Origin: Candidatus Poribacteria bacterium
GTDB lineage: Bacteria > Poribacteria > WGA-4E > WGA-3G
Assembly: GCA_021295715.1 (NCBI GenBank)
Contig: JAGWBV010000002.1
Span: 7,261-71,260, forward strand
Length of the DNA: 64,000 nucleotides
Direction: 5' to 3'
Positions 55,425-64,000 of this stretch are shown piece after piece. Position 1 is the stretch's first letter, and each line of letters opens with the position of its first letter. The position numbers and the translations under genes are program-made. Under the pieces are notes generated by a model, which saw only the letters and a program-made list of their open reading frames with translations, was not told the origin of the DNA and ran no database searches.

Positions 55425-56639
55425 ATGCGAAACACAAAACACAAACTTTTCAAAGATAAGACGTTACGCCACTTGCACGACGAGTGTAATATCATTGGCG
55501 TTGTGCGAAACCACTTCATTGCTCTCTGCATGCGATATTACCGTCGCTATGGGAAAGGACTTTCCTATCGGAAAATGTCTGCCCATTTGACGAAACTCAA
55601 GAAACTTGAGAAGTATCAACATTGGAATATCCCCTACTCATGGGCTTTGCAAAATATGCTGAAGCGTTTGGCACAAAGTTTTCGTGAAATGAAAACGCTC
55701 GGCAGAGGACACCCTCAATTCAAGCCGTGTAAGAAACATAAAGGCATGACCTTTCGCGGTGAACACGTCAAATTTGAATATCTTTTGCCGAAACAGAAAA
55801 ACGAAAGAACCCACCCAACGTATCGTATCCGTCTCAACGGGCGTTGGTATCGCTTCGCCTTGCACAGACCGATGGAAGGCAGAATTGTGCAAGTGCAACT
55901 CACAAGAGACGCCCTCGGAGACGTGTATATCACGCTCACAGAAGATTGTAATGAAGTCAATCCCGAACCCAAGACAGGTAAGGCTGAAGGGTTCGATATG
56001 GGTATCAAAGACTTCCTAACTGGAAACCCTGACGGTGAATGCTACGGGTCTCCTATGTTCTACACACACAACGCTGATAAGTTGGCGAGCGCACAACAGG
56101 CGCATTCCCGAAAGGTGAAAGGGTCTAACAACCGTGAACGCGAACGTAAGAACGTTGCGCGTATCCACAAGAAAACGGCGAACCAGCGAACAGACCACCA
56201 TTGGAAACTTGCAATAGAGGTGTGCCAAAAGTTTGATGTGCTGTTCTTTGAAGACCTGAACCTTCGGGGTATGAAGAAACTGTGGGGAAAACAGGTGTCT
56301 GACCTCGCCTTCGGTGAGTTCATGCAGAAGCTCAAGTACCAAGCCTGTAAGCGTCTGCGGTCTGTGCTGCAGATTGATCGATGGTCTCCGACAACAAAAT
56401 GTTGTTCTGTGTGTGGACATAAAAATGAAAATCTCACGCTCGCAGATAGAAACTGGACGTGTCCGAAGTGTGATACACATCTCGACCGCGACCAGAACGC
56501 TGCGATGAACATTCTTAAGGAAGGGGTAGCTTCCTTTGGGTTAGGCGTTGTAAGACCGATGGTTCTCTTCAATAGGATTGTTGGCTGCTCCGTTGAACCG
56601 TCCAGTTCGGTTCTCAATTCCACAAATGCTTCTGCTTAA
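55425..56639 (+). CDS. tnpB: RNA-guided endonuclease TnpB (IS605 OrfB family)
   Basis: RuvC triad contexts GFDMGIKDF, FFEDLNLRGM and DRDQNAAMNI. Zinc ribbon CSVCGH...CPKCD. 404 aa. Confidence 0.88.
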   Translation: MRNTKHKLFKDKTLRHLHDECNIIGVVRNHFIALCMRYYRRYGKGLSYRKMSAHLTKLKKLEKYQHWNIPYSWALQNMLKRLAQSFREMKTLGRGHPQFKPCKKHKGMTFRGEHVKFEYLLPKQKNERTHPTYRIRLNGRWYRFALHRPMEGRIVQVQLTRDALGDVYITLTEDCNEVNPEPKTGKAEGFDMGIKDFLTGNPDGECYGSPMFYTHNADKLASAQQAHSRKVKGSNNRERERKNVARIHKKTANQRTDHHWKLAIEVCQKFDVLFFEDLNLRGMKKLWGKQVSDLAFGEFMQKLKYQACKRLRSVLQIDRWSPTTKCCSVCGHKNENLTLADRNWTCPKCDTHLDRDQNAAMNILKEGVASFGLGVVRPMVLFNRIVGCSVEPSSSVLNSTNASA

Positions 56640-56690
56640 CTTTTGCGGAAGCCCAAGTCTTTAGGCTTGGGTCTATCACAGGAGTTCTGG
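56480..56690 (+). ncRNA. putative omega/reRNA scaffold of TnpB (3' end of tnpB through the right-end hairpin)
   Basis: Positional inference from known TnpB biology. The only structure I verified is the RE hairpin at 56652-56671. Confidence 0.3.
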
Positions 56691-56770
56691 AACGGCAAAT
56701 CACATAGTGACATAAGGTTTTTTGCAAATTTCTACTGTCTTAACTATTGGGAGTTGACGAAGAAATAATT

Positions 56771-58120
56771 ATGAACACTTCAAAACAACTTTCACGTCGA
56801 ACGTTTTTACGCGGTTTAGGTGTGAGTATTGCGCTACCGTGGTTGGAGGTAATGGGACCTCTTACCTCGTGGGCAAACGCTCCCGCAAGTGGGATAGCAC
56901 ACCAGACAGTTCCGAATCGGATGGCATTCCTTTACGTGCCTAATGGAAAAATTATGGAGGAGTGGACCCCGAAGCAGGTCGGAGCTAACTATGAACTCAC
57001 GGATATCCTGAAACCACTGGAAAATGTGAAAGACAAGATGTTGGTGCTAAGCGGTCTAACGGCTGATAAAGCCCGTGCGAATGGGGACGGTGGTGGGGAT
57101 CACGCCCGTGCTATGGCAGCTTTCCTTACCGGTGCACAGCCCCGGAAGACGGATGGTGCTGACATTCAGGCTGGCGTTTCTGTTGACCAAGTCGCGGCAT
57201 CGCATATCGGTAATCGGACCCGAATGCCTTCGCTTGAACTCGGAATCGATCCTGGAAGAAGAGCGGGAAATTGCGATTCCGGTTATAGTTGCGTCTATTC
57301 ATCAACACTGTCATGGCGTTCCGGCACGCAACCGCTTCCTAAAGAGGTAAATCCGAAACTCGCTTTTGAACGGCTGTTCTCTTCTCTGCCTGATACACAA
57401 CGAGAGGAACGCGATCAACAGCGAAAAAGTATCCTCGATTTTGTCAGACAGGACTCAAAAGAGTTACTCGGTCAGGTCAGTGGGAATGATGTCCGGAAAC
57501 TCGATGAGTACTTCTCCTCTATCCGGGACATTGAAATGAGAATCGCATCAGCTGAAAAGTTCCCACCGATCGAAAGCCCAAACTATACCGTGCCGGAGGA
57601 AATTCCAGCAGATTATCAGGAGCATCTGCATCTCATGATGGACCTGATGGTACTCGCATTTCAGGCGGATGTAACCCGCGTTACGACCTTCGTCCTCGCA
57701 AATGAAGGGAGCAACAAACCCTATCCGTTTGTCGACGTTCCAGAGGGACACCACTACTTGTCACATCACAGTGGTGATGAAGAGAAGATAGAAAAAATCA
57801 AACGCATTGATATCTTCCACTCTCAACAGTTGGCATACTTCTTAGAAAAAATGGACGCGACTGCTGAAGGGGATGGTTCGCTCTTAGATCATTCAATGGT
57901 TCTGTACGGTAGCGGGAATGCAGATGGCAACCGACACAGCCACCACGATCTCCCAATTCTGCTCGCTGGAAATGGCTGTGGCACGATCAAAAGCGGTCGT
58001 CACATCCGCTATCCGAAGGAGACCCCGCTCAACAATCTCTGGTTATCAATGCTCAATCGCATGGATGTCAACCTCGCACAATTAGGCGATAGTACTGGTA
58101 GTTTACAAGGACTCTCTTAG
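56771..58120 (+). CDS. DUF1552-family protein with Tat-like leader
   Basis: MNTSKQLSRRTFLRGLGVSIALPWLEVMG is the typical DUF1552 N-terminus. About 450 aa. This family is usually the partner of DUF1592-type genes. Confidence 0.8.
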   Translation: MNTSKQLSRRTFLRGLGVSIALPWLEVMGPLTSWANAPASGIAHQTVPNRMAFLYVPNGKIMEEWTPKQVGANYELTDILKPLENVKDKMLVLSGLTADKARANGDGGGDHARAMAAFLTGAQPRKTDGADIQAGVSVDQVAASHIGNRTRMPSLELGIDPGRRAGNCDSGYSCVYSSTLSWRSGTQPLPKEVNPKLAFERLFSSLPDTQREERDQQRKSILDFVRQDSKELLGQVSGNDVRKLDEYFSSIRDIEMRIASAEKFPPIESPNYTVPEEIPADYQEHLHLMMDLMVLAFQADVTRVTTFVLANEGSNKPYPFVDVPEGHHYLSHHSGDEEKIEKIKRIDIFHSQQLAYFLEKMDATAEGDGSLLDHSMVLYGSGNADGNRHSHHDLPILLAGNGCGTIKSGRHIRYPKETPLNNLWLSMLNRMDVNLAQLGDSTGSLQGLS

Positions 58121-58131
58121 GTCGAAAATAT

Positions 58132-58154
58132 AGGCGCGCCCCACAAGCGCGCCT
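58132..58154. terminator. bidirectional terminator AGGCGCGC-7-GCGCGCCT between convergent genes
   Basis: Perfect 8-bp GC stem, with CTTTCC on the plus side and ATATTTT on the minus side. Confidence 0.65.
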
Positions 58155-58193
58155 CTTTCCAGTTTCCCCACATCCCTCATTATTCGTTCAATA

Positions 58194-58676
58194 TTAATGG
58201 GTATCTTCGGCAGACAATCCAGTCTCTGCGATCCGCATCAGTTCGCCATCATCTAAGTCAAGGTCTACGTCCTCAGAGAACGGTTGTGGGACCTTGTACG
58301 GGGTCTTAGCGTATACCTCAACGACGTTCTCGTCGGGATCATAGAAGTAAATTGCCAAAGAGATCCCGTGATTTACCACACTGCGAATTCTTACGCCTTC
58401 CGACTTCAGAAGCGCGTGGAACTGCTTTAAATCTGCGAGATCCTCGACGATAAATGACACCTGTTGAACGACTTTTGATCCGGGTGGAACATCCCTGCCG
58501 GGGCACAACGCCAGTTCATGGTGTTCCGATTCTGGCTGTGCACTCAGGAAAATAATATGTCCTTCTGGATGTGCGTCTGTAACGGTGAGACCGAGAATAC
58601 GGGTATAGAAGTCTTGGGACTTTTGGATGTCGGTACAGTAGAGCCCAACATGACCGAGTTCCTTAACGGCTAACAT
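58194..58676 (-). CDS. VOC-family (glyoxalase/bleomycin-resistance/extradiol dioxygenase) protein
   Basis: ELGHVGLYCTDIQKSQDFYTRILGL is the typical VOC beta-alpha-beta-beta-beta start; 160 aa. Confidence 0.8.
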   Translation of the reverse strand: MLAVKELGHVGLYCTDIQKSQDFYTRILGLTVTDAHPEGHIIFLSAQPESEHHELALCPGRDVPPGSKVVQQVSFIVEDLADLKQFHALLKSEGVRIRSVVNHGISLAIYFYDPDENVVEVYAKTPYKVPQPFSEDVDLDLDDGELMRIAETGLSAEDTH

Positions 58677-59107
58677 TTTTCACCCTCCGCTGGTATCGAA
58701 ATTAGTAACCTCAATTTATCACGAAACTGGAAACAGATCAAGTTGTTCCAGTCTTTAGCATAGGACCCTGTGGTGTTCTCATTACTCTCAGTAATATTAT
58801 GCGTTTGACCTGAATGCCTGAATTAGATCGAACGATAGACCTCAATTGATCCTCCCATCAACATTTTCTCAGTAACATATTCAAATAGTTAAGGAGAAAT
58901 TCCGCCGAAATTATCTGGCATTCTGTTGTAAAATAACGGACACGCTTTGATTCAATATCTACAGTGGAAATTCGCAGTATAAAATCTACAAACCCAGTTA
59001 CCATAAGGGTTTCAAGCATAATATCATTACTTTGGAAAAATATATTTTGAGAATGGGTTTCATTATCAAAAACTGAAATCGCAATTTGAGATGTTTTCGG
59101 AGATGTT

Positions 59108-59935
59108 CTATCGGGGACCGAGTTGTGCCCGAAGGCGTTCTAACTCAGTCTCTAAAGCCTTCCGTCGTTCCGTTTCTTCTTCAGCACGCGCTTCGGCTTC
59201 CGTTCTCAGACGCTGTTCTTCCACTCTCAGACGCTGTTCTTCCACTCTCAGACGCTGTTCTTCCACTCTCAGATGCTCCTCCTCCATAGAAGTCGTAATC
59301 GGGGTGCCATCCGGCAGATAGGGGCGTAAAAGTCGCACCTCGTTAGGCAGGATATTTTCCCAGCGAAATAAGAGATTTAACGTCTCGCTGAACAAACCCC
59401 CTTGCGCGTCCGGTAGGATTTCGCTGATGCCGCCCGATGGACTTCGCCGCCACCCTCGAAACTCCGCGGACTTCTTCATTTCAGGCTGATGAATGAAGTA
59501 TTCTGGAACGCCCATATCCATCAAATACAGTTGCACTTTTTCATTTCGGTCTTGATTCGCAGTTGAATCCGAAAGGAATTCAAAAACAGCGGCGGGAACG
59601 GCACCTTCGGACCAGGTGTAAAAACTGCGCCGTTGCGGAAATTTATCAACCCCTAAAACAACATAAACATCTGGAGCGACGAATTTTGTCAGGTCGCCTT
59701 CACGGTAGTAGATGAAATTGTCAATGCCAACATAGATGTGCGGATTGATTGCAAAATACCGATAGAGTTGGTCAAAAAAGTTAGAAATCTGTTCCGCGTG
59801 GAATCCTGTGGCAGCCATAGGTTCATCGTCCTCGCAGGGGTATCCTTCAATGTAGATAGTCGGTTTCCCACTTGCTTTTGGAAAGACAGGCATATACTTC
59901 CTTTGCTTGAATTCAAAGTCTTTTAGAGTATCCAT
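59108..59935 (-). CDS. Uma2-family (DUF820) putative endonuclease with C-terminal heptad-repeat tail
   Basis: The core YELIDG-like region (EGYPCEDDEPMAATGFH..., PDVYVV, VFEFLSDST) fits the PD-(D/E)xK Uma2 pattern. The tail contains EEQRLRV x3. Confidence 0.7.
   Translation of the reverse strand: MDTLKDFEFKQRKYMPVFPKASGKPTIYIEGYPCEDDEPMAATGFHAEQISNFFDQLYRYFAINPHIYVGIDNFIYYREGDLTKFVAPDVYVVLGVDKFPQRRSFYTWSEGAVPAAVFEFLSDSTANQDRNEKVQLYLMDMGVPEYFIHQPEMKKSAEFRGWRRSPSGGISEILPDAQGGLFSETLNLLFRWENILPNEVRLLRPYLPDGTPITTSMEEEHLRVEEQRLRVEEQRLRVEEQRLRTEAEARAEEETERRKALETELERLRAQLGPR
59205..59267. repeat. three perfect tandem copies of a 21-bp unit (CTCAGACGCTGTTCTTCCACT) inside the Uma2 gene
   Basis: Read directly from the sequence, with degenerate partial copies on both flanks (about 59196-59280). 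Confidence 0.95.
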
Positions 59936-60057
59936 GATTTTTTTCCTTGTGGGTACTGTGGGAGCCTAATAGGTTAAAGTGTTGGGTTTTGCTGGTATTT
60001 GCGGTGTGTTCGAGTTTGGTGTTTCGCGCGCCCTAACCCTCATGCTCTTTTCATGTA

Positions 60058-60086
60058 ATTTTAGCAAAATGCGTAGCGTTTGTCAA
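60058..60086 (-). promoter_or_regulatory. minus-strand promoter TTGACA-17-TGcTAAAAT upstream of the Uma2 gene
   Basis: -35 at 60086-60081, -10 at 60063-60058. Confidence 0.55.
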
Positions 60087-60117
60087 GTCAAAGCCAATAA
60101 GACAAGCAGCAGATAGG

Positions 60118-62028
60118 CTACCAGTCTTTAAACGGAAATATGCGCGTTTCCGTCGCCATTCCGTAGAAACTCCATAAACTCCCAGCGACGAACTCACCGA
60201 GAATTAAACCGAGGAAGAAGGGGGCTGCCTTGCGATGTAACTGTAACCCACCCTGTTTGATAATCAACCATTTTGCGATCGTGCTAATCACAAGCGAGAT
60301 CCAGAGCCAGTTCATACACCAATCCGCTGCCCCTGAAACAGCATAACCAACGGCATGGAAGGGCCACCAAAAGAAGCGCATCCGTAAAGACATCAAAAGG
60401 AACGTGAATCCCATACCAATACCCATGGATGTTACTTCCGGGATATTCGGTCCCATTGGAAAATTAAGTTGTTGTTGGAGTCGATTGAAAGGATGGTGTG
60501 CAAAACTCCCTGCCGATCCAAAACGATACACATCGTGCAAATATGCCCAGAAAGACCCGATCGAACCGACAAAGACTGCTAACAGTATTACCCATACCAG
60601 CGGTTTCGGGTTGAGCCGTGCCCGCGAGGCGAGTTGGAACCCCTCTAACTGGTGTGGCATCGGATGACTGCGGTGCGCACGATTAAAGAAAAACAGAAAG
60701 GAAAGTGCCGTAAGGTTTGACCCTCCCATGCCTCGTGAGCCAAGAATCGTCGGTAAGGCGTAATCCGGTCCCATATAATGGAGATCGTGTGCGGGGGCAC
60801 CCGATTCCACCCGCATTCGGGTAATACCTGTTGATAGCGCGAAATACATCGCAAAGAAAGCAATACCGAGGGAAATACTAATGCCTATCTTTACTGAGAA
60901 GGCAATGAGATAGATACATCCTAACACAATACCCACAATGGCAGTTCGGTACCGCATCGGTTCGACAGATTCGTCAAGTCTGGAGCGTCCTGTAACGACT
61001 TGTCTAAAGACTTCTGTAAGGTATTTTCGGCTTGCCCATATCGCGAAAATCGCAAGTCCAAGATATGCTCCCAATGACTGCTGGCGGTCATAGGGAAATC
61101 CAGGTAATCCCCGAATTCCGATGATGGCTCCAGCGACCCGTTGCATCTTGCGAAACAGGTAGAAGAACCAGCAAGAGAACGATAAGTCCAATGGCATAAA
61201 GAATCCGAGTCCAATAACGAATGGATAGATAGAAAAAGGGGTCCAACCGATGGCGTTCCACGGCTTTTCCGTGAAGAATTGGCTGATATTCCGAAACCGA
61301 ACGCCAATGATCGGAATGGTCGGGAAAAGATAACTGAACCCGTTAATGAGGTTTAACACCGAAACGAGGATAAACGCCGTCCAAAAAGGTCTGCCGCGGA
61401 AGAAGTTCGCACCGCTGTCCCGTGTCATTTCTAATGGCAGTTGGATGATTGGGTAGGCGAGCTTCTCACGTTCCGTCCACTGCTTCCGCAGCACAACGTT
61501 GATGCACAACATCACAAACACAAGGACTACAATGAAACTCGTCCACCACAAAGCCGGACCGAGCCAGGCTTGTAGTACCTCTATGCGATAAAACGTTGTC
61601 TGTCCTTCGTAAAACCCTTCAAGAATCTGCTTATCTTGGACTGTTCCCCATGTCGGTATATATCGGTGGAGCAGCTCACGCCATTCGTTCTCAGGTGTAT
61701 CGAACCAGAAGACGTGCCCGATCATCGGGATGAGCACTTGGGCGTGGTCATGGGACGCAATCGCACTCGCCATACAAAGCATTACATAGATAACGAGCAG
61801 TTCACCGTGCGTCAATGCCCACTGCCGATTTATGCGCCGAACAAGCAGATTGAGGAGGGTAATCGTAAATACGAAGAAGACTGCGTTGAAAAACAGGGAC
61901 ATCGTTGTCGGAAAAAGCCCCCACCAGACCATTTCCGTGTACATAATCCAATAGCAGTTGATCGGGATAAGGATGAGGGATATTATAACTGATTTGAAGG
62001 TGACACCGCGAGTTAAAGCCGACGGCAT
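60118..62028 (-). CDS. polytopic integral membrane protein of unknown function
   Basis: 636 aa with 14 or more hydrophobic segments. No motif recognised. Confidence 0.6.
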   Translation of the reverse strand: MPSALTRGVTFKSVIISLILIPINCYWIMYTEMVWWGLFPTTMSLFFNAVFFVFTITLLNLLVRRINRQWALTHGELLVIYVMLCMASAIASHDHAQVLIPMIGHVFWFDTPENEWRELLHRYIPTWGTVQDKQILEGFYEGQTTFYRIEVLQAWLGPALWWTSFIVVLVFVMLCINVVLRKQWTEREKLAYPIIQLPLEMTRDSGANFFRGRPFWTAFILVSVLNLINGFSYLFPTIPIIGVRFRNISQFFTEKPWNAIGWTPFSIYPFVIGLGFFMPLDLSFSCWFFYLFRKMQRVAGAIIGIRGLPGFPYDRQQSLGAYLGLAIFAIWASRKYLTEVFRQVVTGRSRLDESVEPMRYRTAIVGIVLGCIYLIAFSVKIGISISLGIAFFAMYFALSTGITRMRVESGAPAHDLHYMGPDYALPTILGSRGMGGSNLTALSFLFFFNRAHRSHPMPHQLEGFQLASRARLNPKPLVWVILLAVFVGSIGSFWAYLHDVYRFGSAGSFAHHPFNRLQQQLNFPMGPNIPEVTSMGIGMGFTFLLMSLRMRFFWWPFHAVGYAVSGAADWCMNWLWISLVISTIAKWLIIKQGGLQLHRKAAPFFLGLILGEFVAGSLWSFYGMATETRIFPFKDW

Positions 62029-62067
62029 ATAATTCTCCTATAGTTTTCCCAGTCTTTCAAAAATAAA

Positions 62068-64000
62068 CTACTCCATGCTGGCTTGGAGCATCTGCACAAT
62101 GGTGAGATGTCCTCTCGATTCCGCTAACGTCAGTGCGGTGTCGCCTTGTCTGTTTTTCAGGGTGGTATCGGCGCGGTGCTCAAGGAGAAGTTTGACAATC
62201 TCCGTATGCCCGCGCCACGCTGCATACATCAATGCTGTCTCACCGGTCCGGTTTTGGGCATTGACAACAGCCCCTTTTGCAACCAATCTTTTGGTAATCT
62301 CAAGATTTCCTGTCTTGTGGGTAATAAAGATGAGCGGTGTGTTGCCGTTAGCATCTGTGAAGTTCACGTCTGCCCCATTTTCGATGAGGAACATCACTAT
62401 ATCTCCGTGTCCGTTCTCTGCAGCGATGTGCAGCGGGGTTCTACCGAGTCCATCTTTTACATTCATATCCGCGTTCGTACTATGAAGATTCGTAGTATCA
62501 CCCGTCCACGCTGCGTTGAGGAGTTTATCTTCAGGTGTGTCTGAAAACTCAGAAATAACGTGTTCCCGATTTACTGGGAGATCCCTAAAGACTTGCACAA
62601 CGCCGCTCTGCCACCGCAGCTCAACTCTATCAATAACAGTGTGCGCCCCTAATCCGAAGTGGAGTCGACCATCGTGACTGGACAAGTAACTTGCGACGCG
62701 ATTGATCTCTTGGACTTGTGTGTGTCCGCCTGTCGTCAAGATAACGCGCGTCCCCACGCCGTCTCGACTGCTGATAACACCGACAGTTTTAATCCGAACC
62801 CAGTTGTCTCGTGTTCCGGTCTCGTTTCGCAATAAGGTCGCAGGACCGTTAGATTGTGTGACGAGCATGTCGACATCGCCGTCGTTATCATAGTCGCCGA
62901 AAAGTGCCCCACGGCTTACCGCAGTGCTTTGAAAGTAATCCCCTGCGTTCGCTGATACTTCTTGAAACGTCCCGTCTCCTTGGTTACGGAAAATCTGATC
63001 TCGCTGGCGATAGGTTAAAATATCGTGTGTGTCTTCAATATTGTCGATGATATGCCCATTCCCGATGAATATATCTCGCCAGCCATCGTTATCCGCATCG
63101 AGGAAACCTGTGCCGAATCCGACGAACAGGTAACTCTCTTTACCGAGATGTGCTTCATAAATGACATCTGTAAAGGTCCCGTCACCGTTGTTACGGTAAA
63201 GCGCATTGGTTTCATAAGAGAGGTTCGTAACGAAAATATCGAACCACCCATCGCCGTTGTAATCGTCAGTCGCGACCCCCATTCCTGCTTGTGCAACGCC
63301 ATTGAAACTGTAAGCGCATCCAGCGAGGAGTGAAATCTCACTGAACGTTCCATCACCATTGTTATAGAAAAAATCGTTTCGGGTATCGTCGTTTGCAACA
63401 TAAAGGTCTGAAATACCGTCGTTATTAAAATCGGCGGAGACGACCCCTAACCCTTTTCCGTGAAACAAGCCACCAATACCGCCAACACCGGTTTCCTGAC
63501 TGACATCCGTAAAAGTTCCGTCCCCGTTATTGCGGTAGAGTGTATCGGGCGCGCCTTCAAACAGGGACGGATGACAATAGGTTTCGATCCCATCTTCCCC
63601 ACATGGACGGTAGGGAATATCCGTTGAGTACACAAGATAGTTAACAACGAATAGATCGAGGTGTCCGTCCCGATTATAATCCAGAAAACACGCGCTGCTG
63701 CTCCAAGCTGGGTCACCGACGCTCGCGTGAGCCGTTACATTTGTAAAGGTTCCATCGCCGTTGTTACGGTAGAGTTGGTTGACACCAAAATTAGTCACGT
63801 AAAGATCTACATCTCCGTCGTTATCGTAGTCGGCGCAAGCCGCGCCTTGTCCGTAGTTGCCTCGGTTACCCACGCCTGCAGTTGTTGTAATGTCAGTAAA
63901 GGTTCCATCGCCGTTGTTTCGGTAGAATGCACTGAGTACTTGATCTGCTGATGGTGAATCTTTCCAATAGCCGCTGTTCACAAGGTAGATGTCCAAATAC
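62068..64000 (-). CDS. FG-GAP/VCBS repeat - ASPIC/UnbV (CRTAC1-like) protein fused to C-terminal ankyrin repeats; 5' end outside the window
   Basis: Repeated YRNNGDGTFTDV...D(Y/F)DNDG units. UnbV/ASPIC-like segment RDGVGTRVILTTGG...SSHDGRLHFGLG. Four ankyrin repeats (GRTPLHIAAENGH..., NGNTPLIF..., TGETALMYAAWRGH..., GDTALTLAESRGH). Confidence 0.8.
   Translation of the reverse strand, partial: YLDIYLVNSGYWKDSPSADQVLSAFYRNNGDGTFTDITTTAGVGNRGNYGQGAACADYDNDGDVDLYVTNFGVNQLYRNNGDGTFTNVTAHASVGDPAWSSSACFLDYNRDGHLDLFVVNYLVYSTDIPYRPCGEDGIETYCHPSLFEGAPDTLYRNNGDGTFTDVSQETGVGGIGGLFHGKGLGVVSADFNNDGISDLYVANDDTRNDFFYNNGDGTFSEISLLAGCAYSFNGVAQAGMGVATDDYNGDGWFDIFVTNLSYETNALYRNNGDGTFTDVIYEAHLGKESYLFVGFGTGFLDADNDGWRDIFIGNGHIIDNIEDTHDILTYRQRDQIFRNQGDGTFQEVSANAGDYFQSTAVSRGALFGDYDNDGDVDMLVTQSNGPATLLRNETGTRDNWVRIKTVGVISSRDGVGTRVILTTGGHTQVQEINRVASYLSSHDGRLHFGLGAHTVIDRVELRWQSGVVQVFRDLPVNREHVISEFSDTPEDKLLNAAWTGDTTNLHSTNADMNVKDGLGRTPLHIAAENGHGDIVMFLIENGADVNFTDANGNTPLIFITHKTGNLEITKRLVAKGAVVNAQNRTGETALMYAAWRGHTEIVKLLLEHRADTTLKNRQGDTALTLAESRGHLTIVQMLQASME

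Larger units (their letters stand above)
55229..56671 (+). mobile_element. IS200/IS605-family element carrying tnpB only (no tnpA)
   Basis: Similar imperfect hairpins lie at both ends: CCCAATCCT-TT-AGGTTTGGG (55229-55248) and CCCAAGTCT-TT-AGGCTTGGG (56652-56671). They bracket the tnpB gene. Exact cleavage boundaries were not determined. Confidence 0.7.

Noticed and set aside
55303-55590. 95-aa ORF upstream of and overlapping the tnpB start, considered as a possible tnpA
   Set aside because: It has no HUH or catalytic-Tyr pattern of Y1 transposases. It spans the promoter and the 5' UTR hairpin and overlaps tnpB out of frame.
59205-59267. CRISPR-like array
   Set aside because: The repeats are directly abutting 21-bp units without spacers, and they are in frame inside a CDS. 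No cas genes are present in the window.
1-64000. rRNA, tRNA, tmRNA and common riboswitches
   Set aside because: Scanning the intergenic regions by eye gave no tRNA T-arm (GGTTCGAATCC-like) or acceptor structures, no rRNA-like stretches, and no match to riboswitch cores I can recall. A covariance-model scan would be needed for certainty.

Overview
64-kb chromosomal segment, roughly 48-50% GC by eye, densely coding. I saw no rRNA, tRNA or CRISPR array. All family calls come from motifs read in the supplied translations; no database search was run. The gene content suggests a Planctomycetes/Verrucomicrobia-like or sponge-symbiont (Poribacteria-like) genome, but that taxonomy is inference only. 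The relevant genes are a DUF1592-like/DUF1552-like pair, an anaerobic sulfatase maturase, several secreted LamG/ConA-like proteins, a T9SS-type C-terminal sorting domain, and LRR, ankyrin and HEAT proteins. Housekeeping genes: msrA, pheT, ubiE, an HDAC-family deacetylase, hisZ-hisG-hisS, holA, a threonine-synthase-like enzyme, and a CzcCBA/CusCBA-type heavy-metal RND efflux operon. Accessory content: (a) a hicAB module between an N6-adenine DNA methyltransferase and a small GIY-YIG protein; (b) a zeta-toxin-like P-loop protein with an overlapping small partner gene; (c) a catalytic-domain-only tyrosine recombinase next to two paralogous small membrane proteins; (d) a TnpB-only IS200/IS605-family element with matching end hairpins; (e) a Uma2-family endonuclease carrying a perfect 21-bp x3 repeat. 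Most interesting observations: (1) a classical-looking His-codon leader peptide plus terminator upstream of hisZ-hisG-hisS; (2) a recurring intergenic cassette upstream of at least four genes, made of a hairpin with a conserved G/U-rich loop and a near-identical CCGCAAGGAAAAATTAAAAT block abutting the start codons; (3) a low-GC insertion that splits the DUF1592/DUF1552 pair and has given an SMP-30 gene a duplicated DUF1552 N-terminal leader; (4) a relic second copy of the zeta-partner gene that brackets an 872-aa mosaic LRR protein; (5) a three-gene cassette containing an atypical carbamoyltransferase. I found no single cluster I can confidently call a new system. The candidates are listed with explicit tests.
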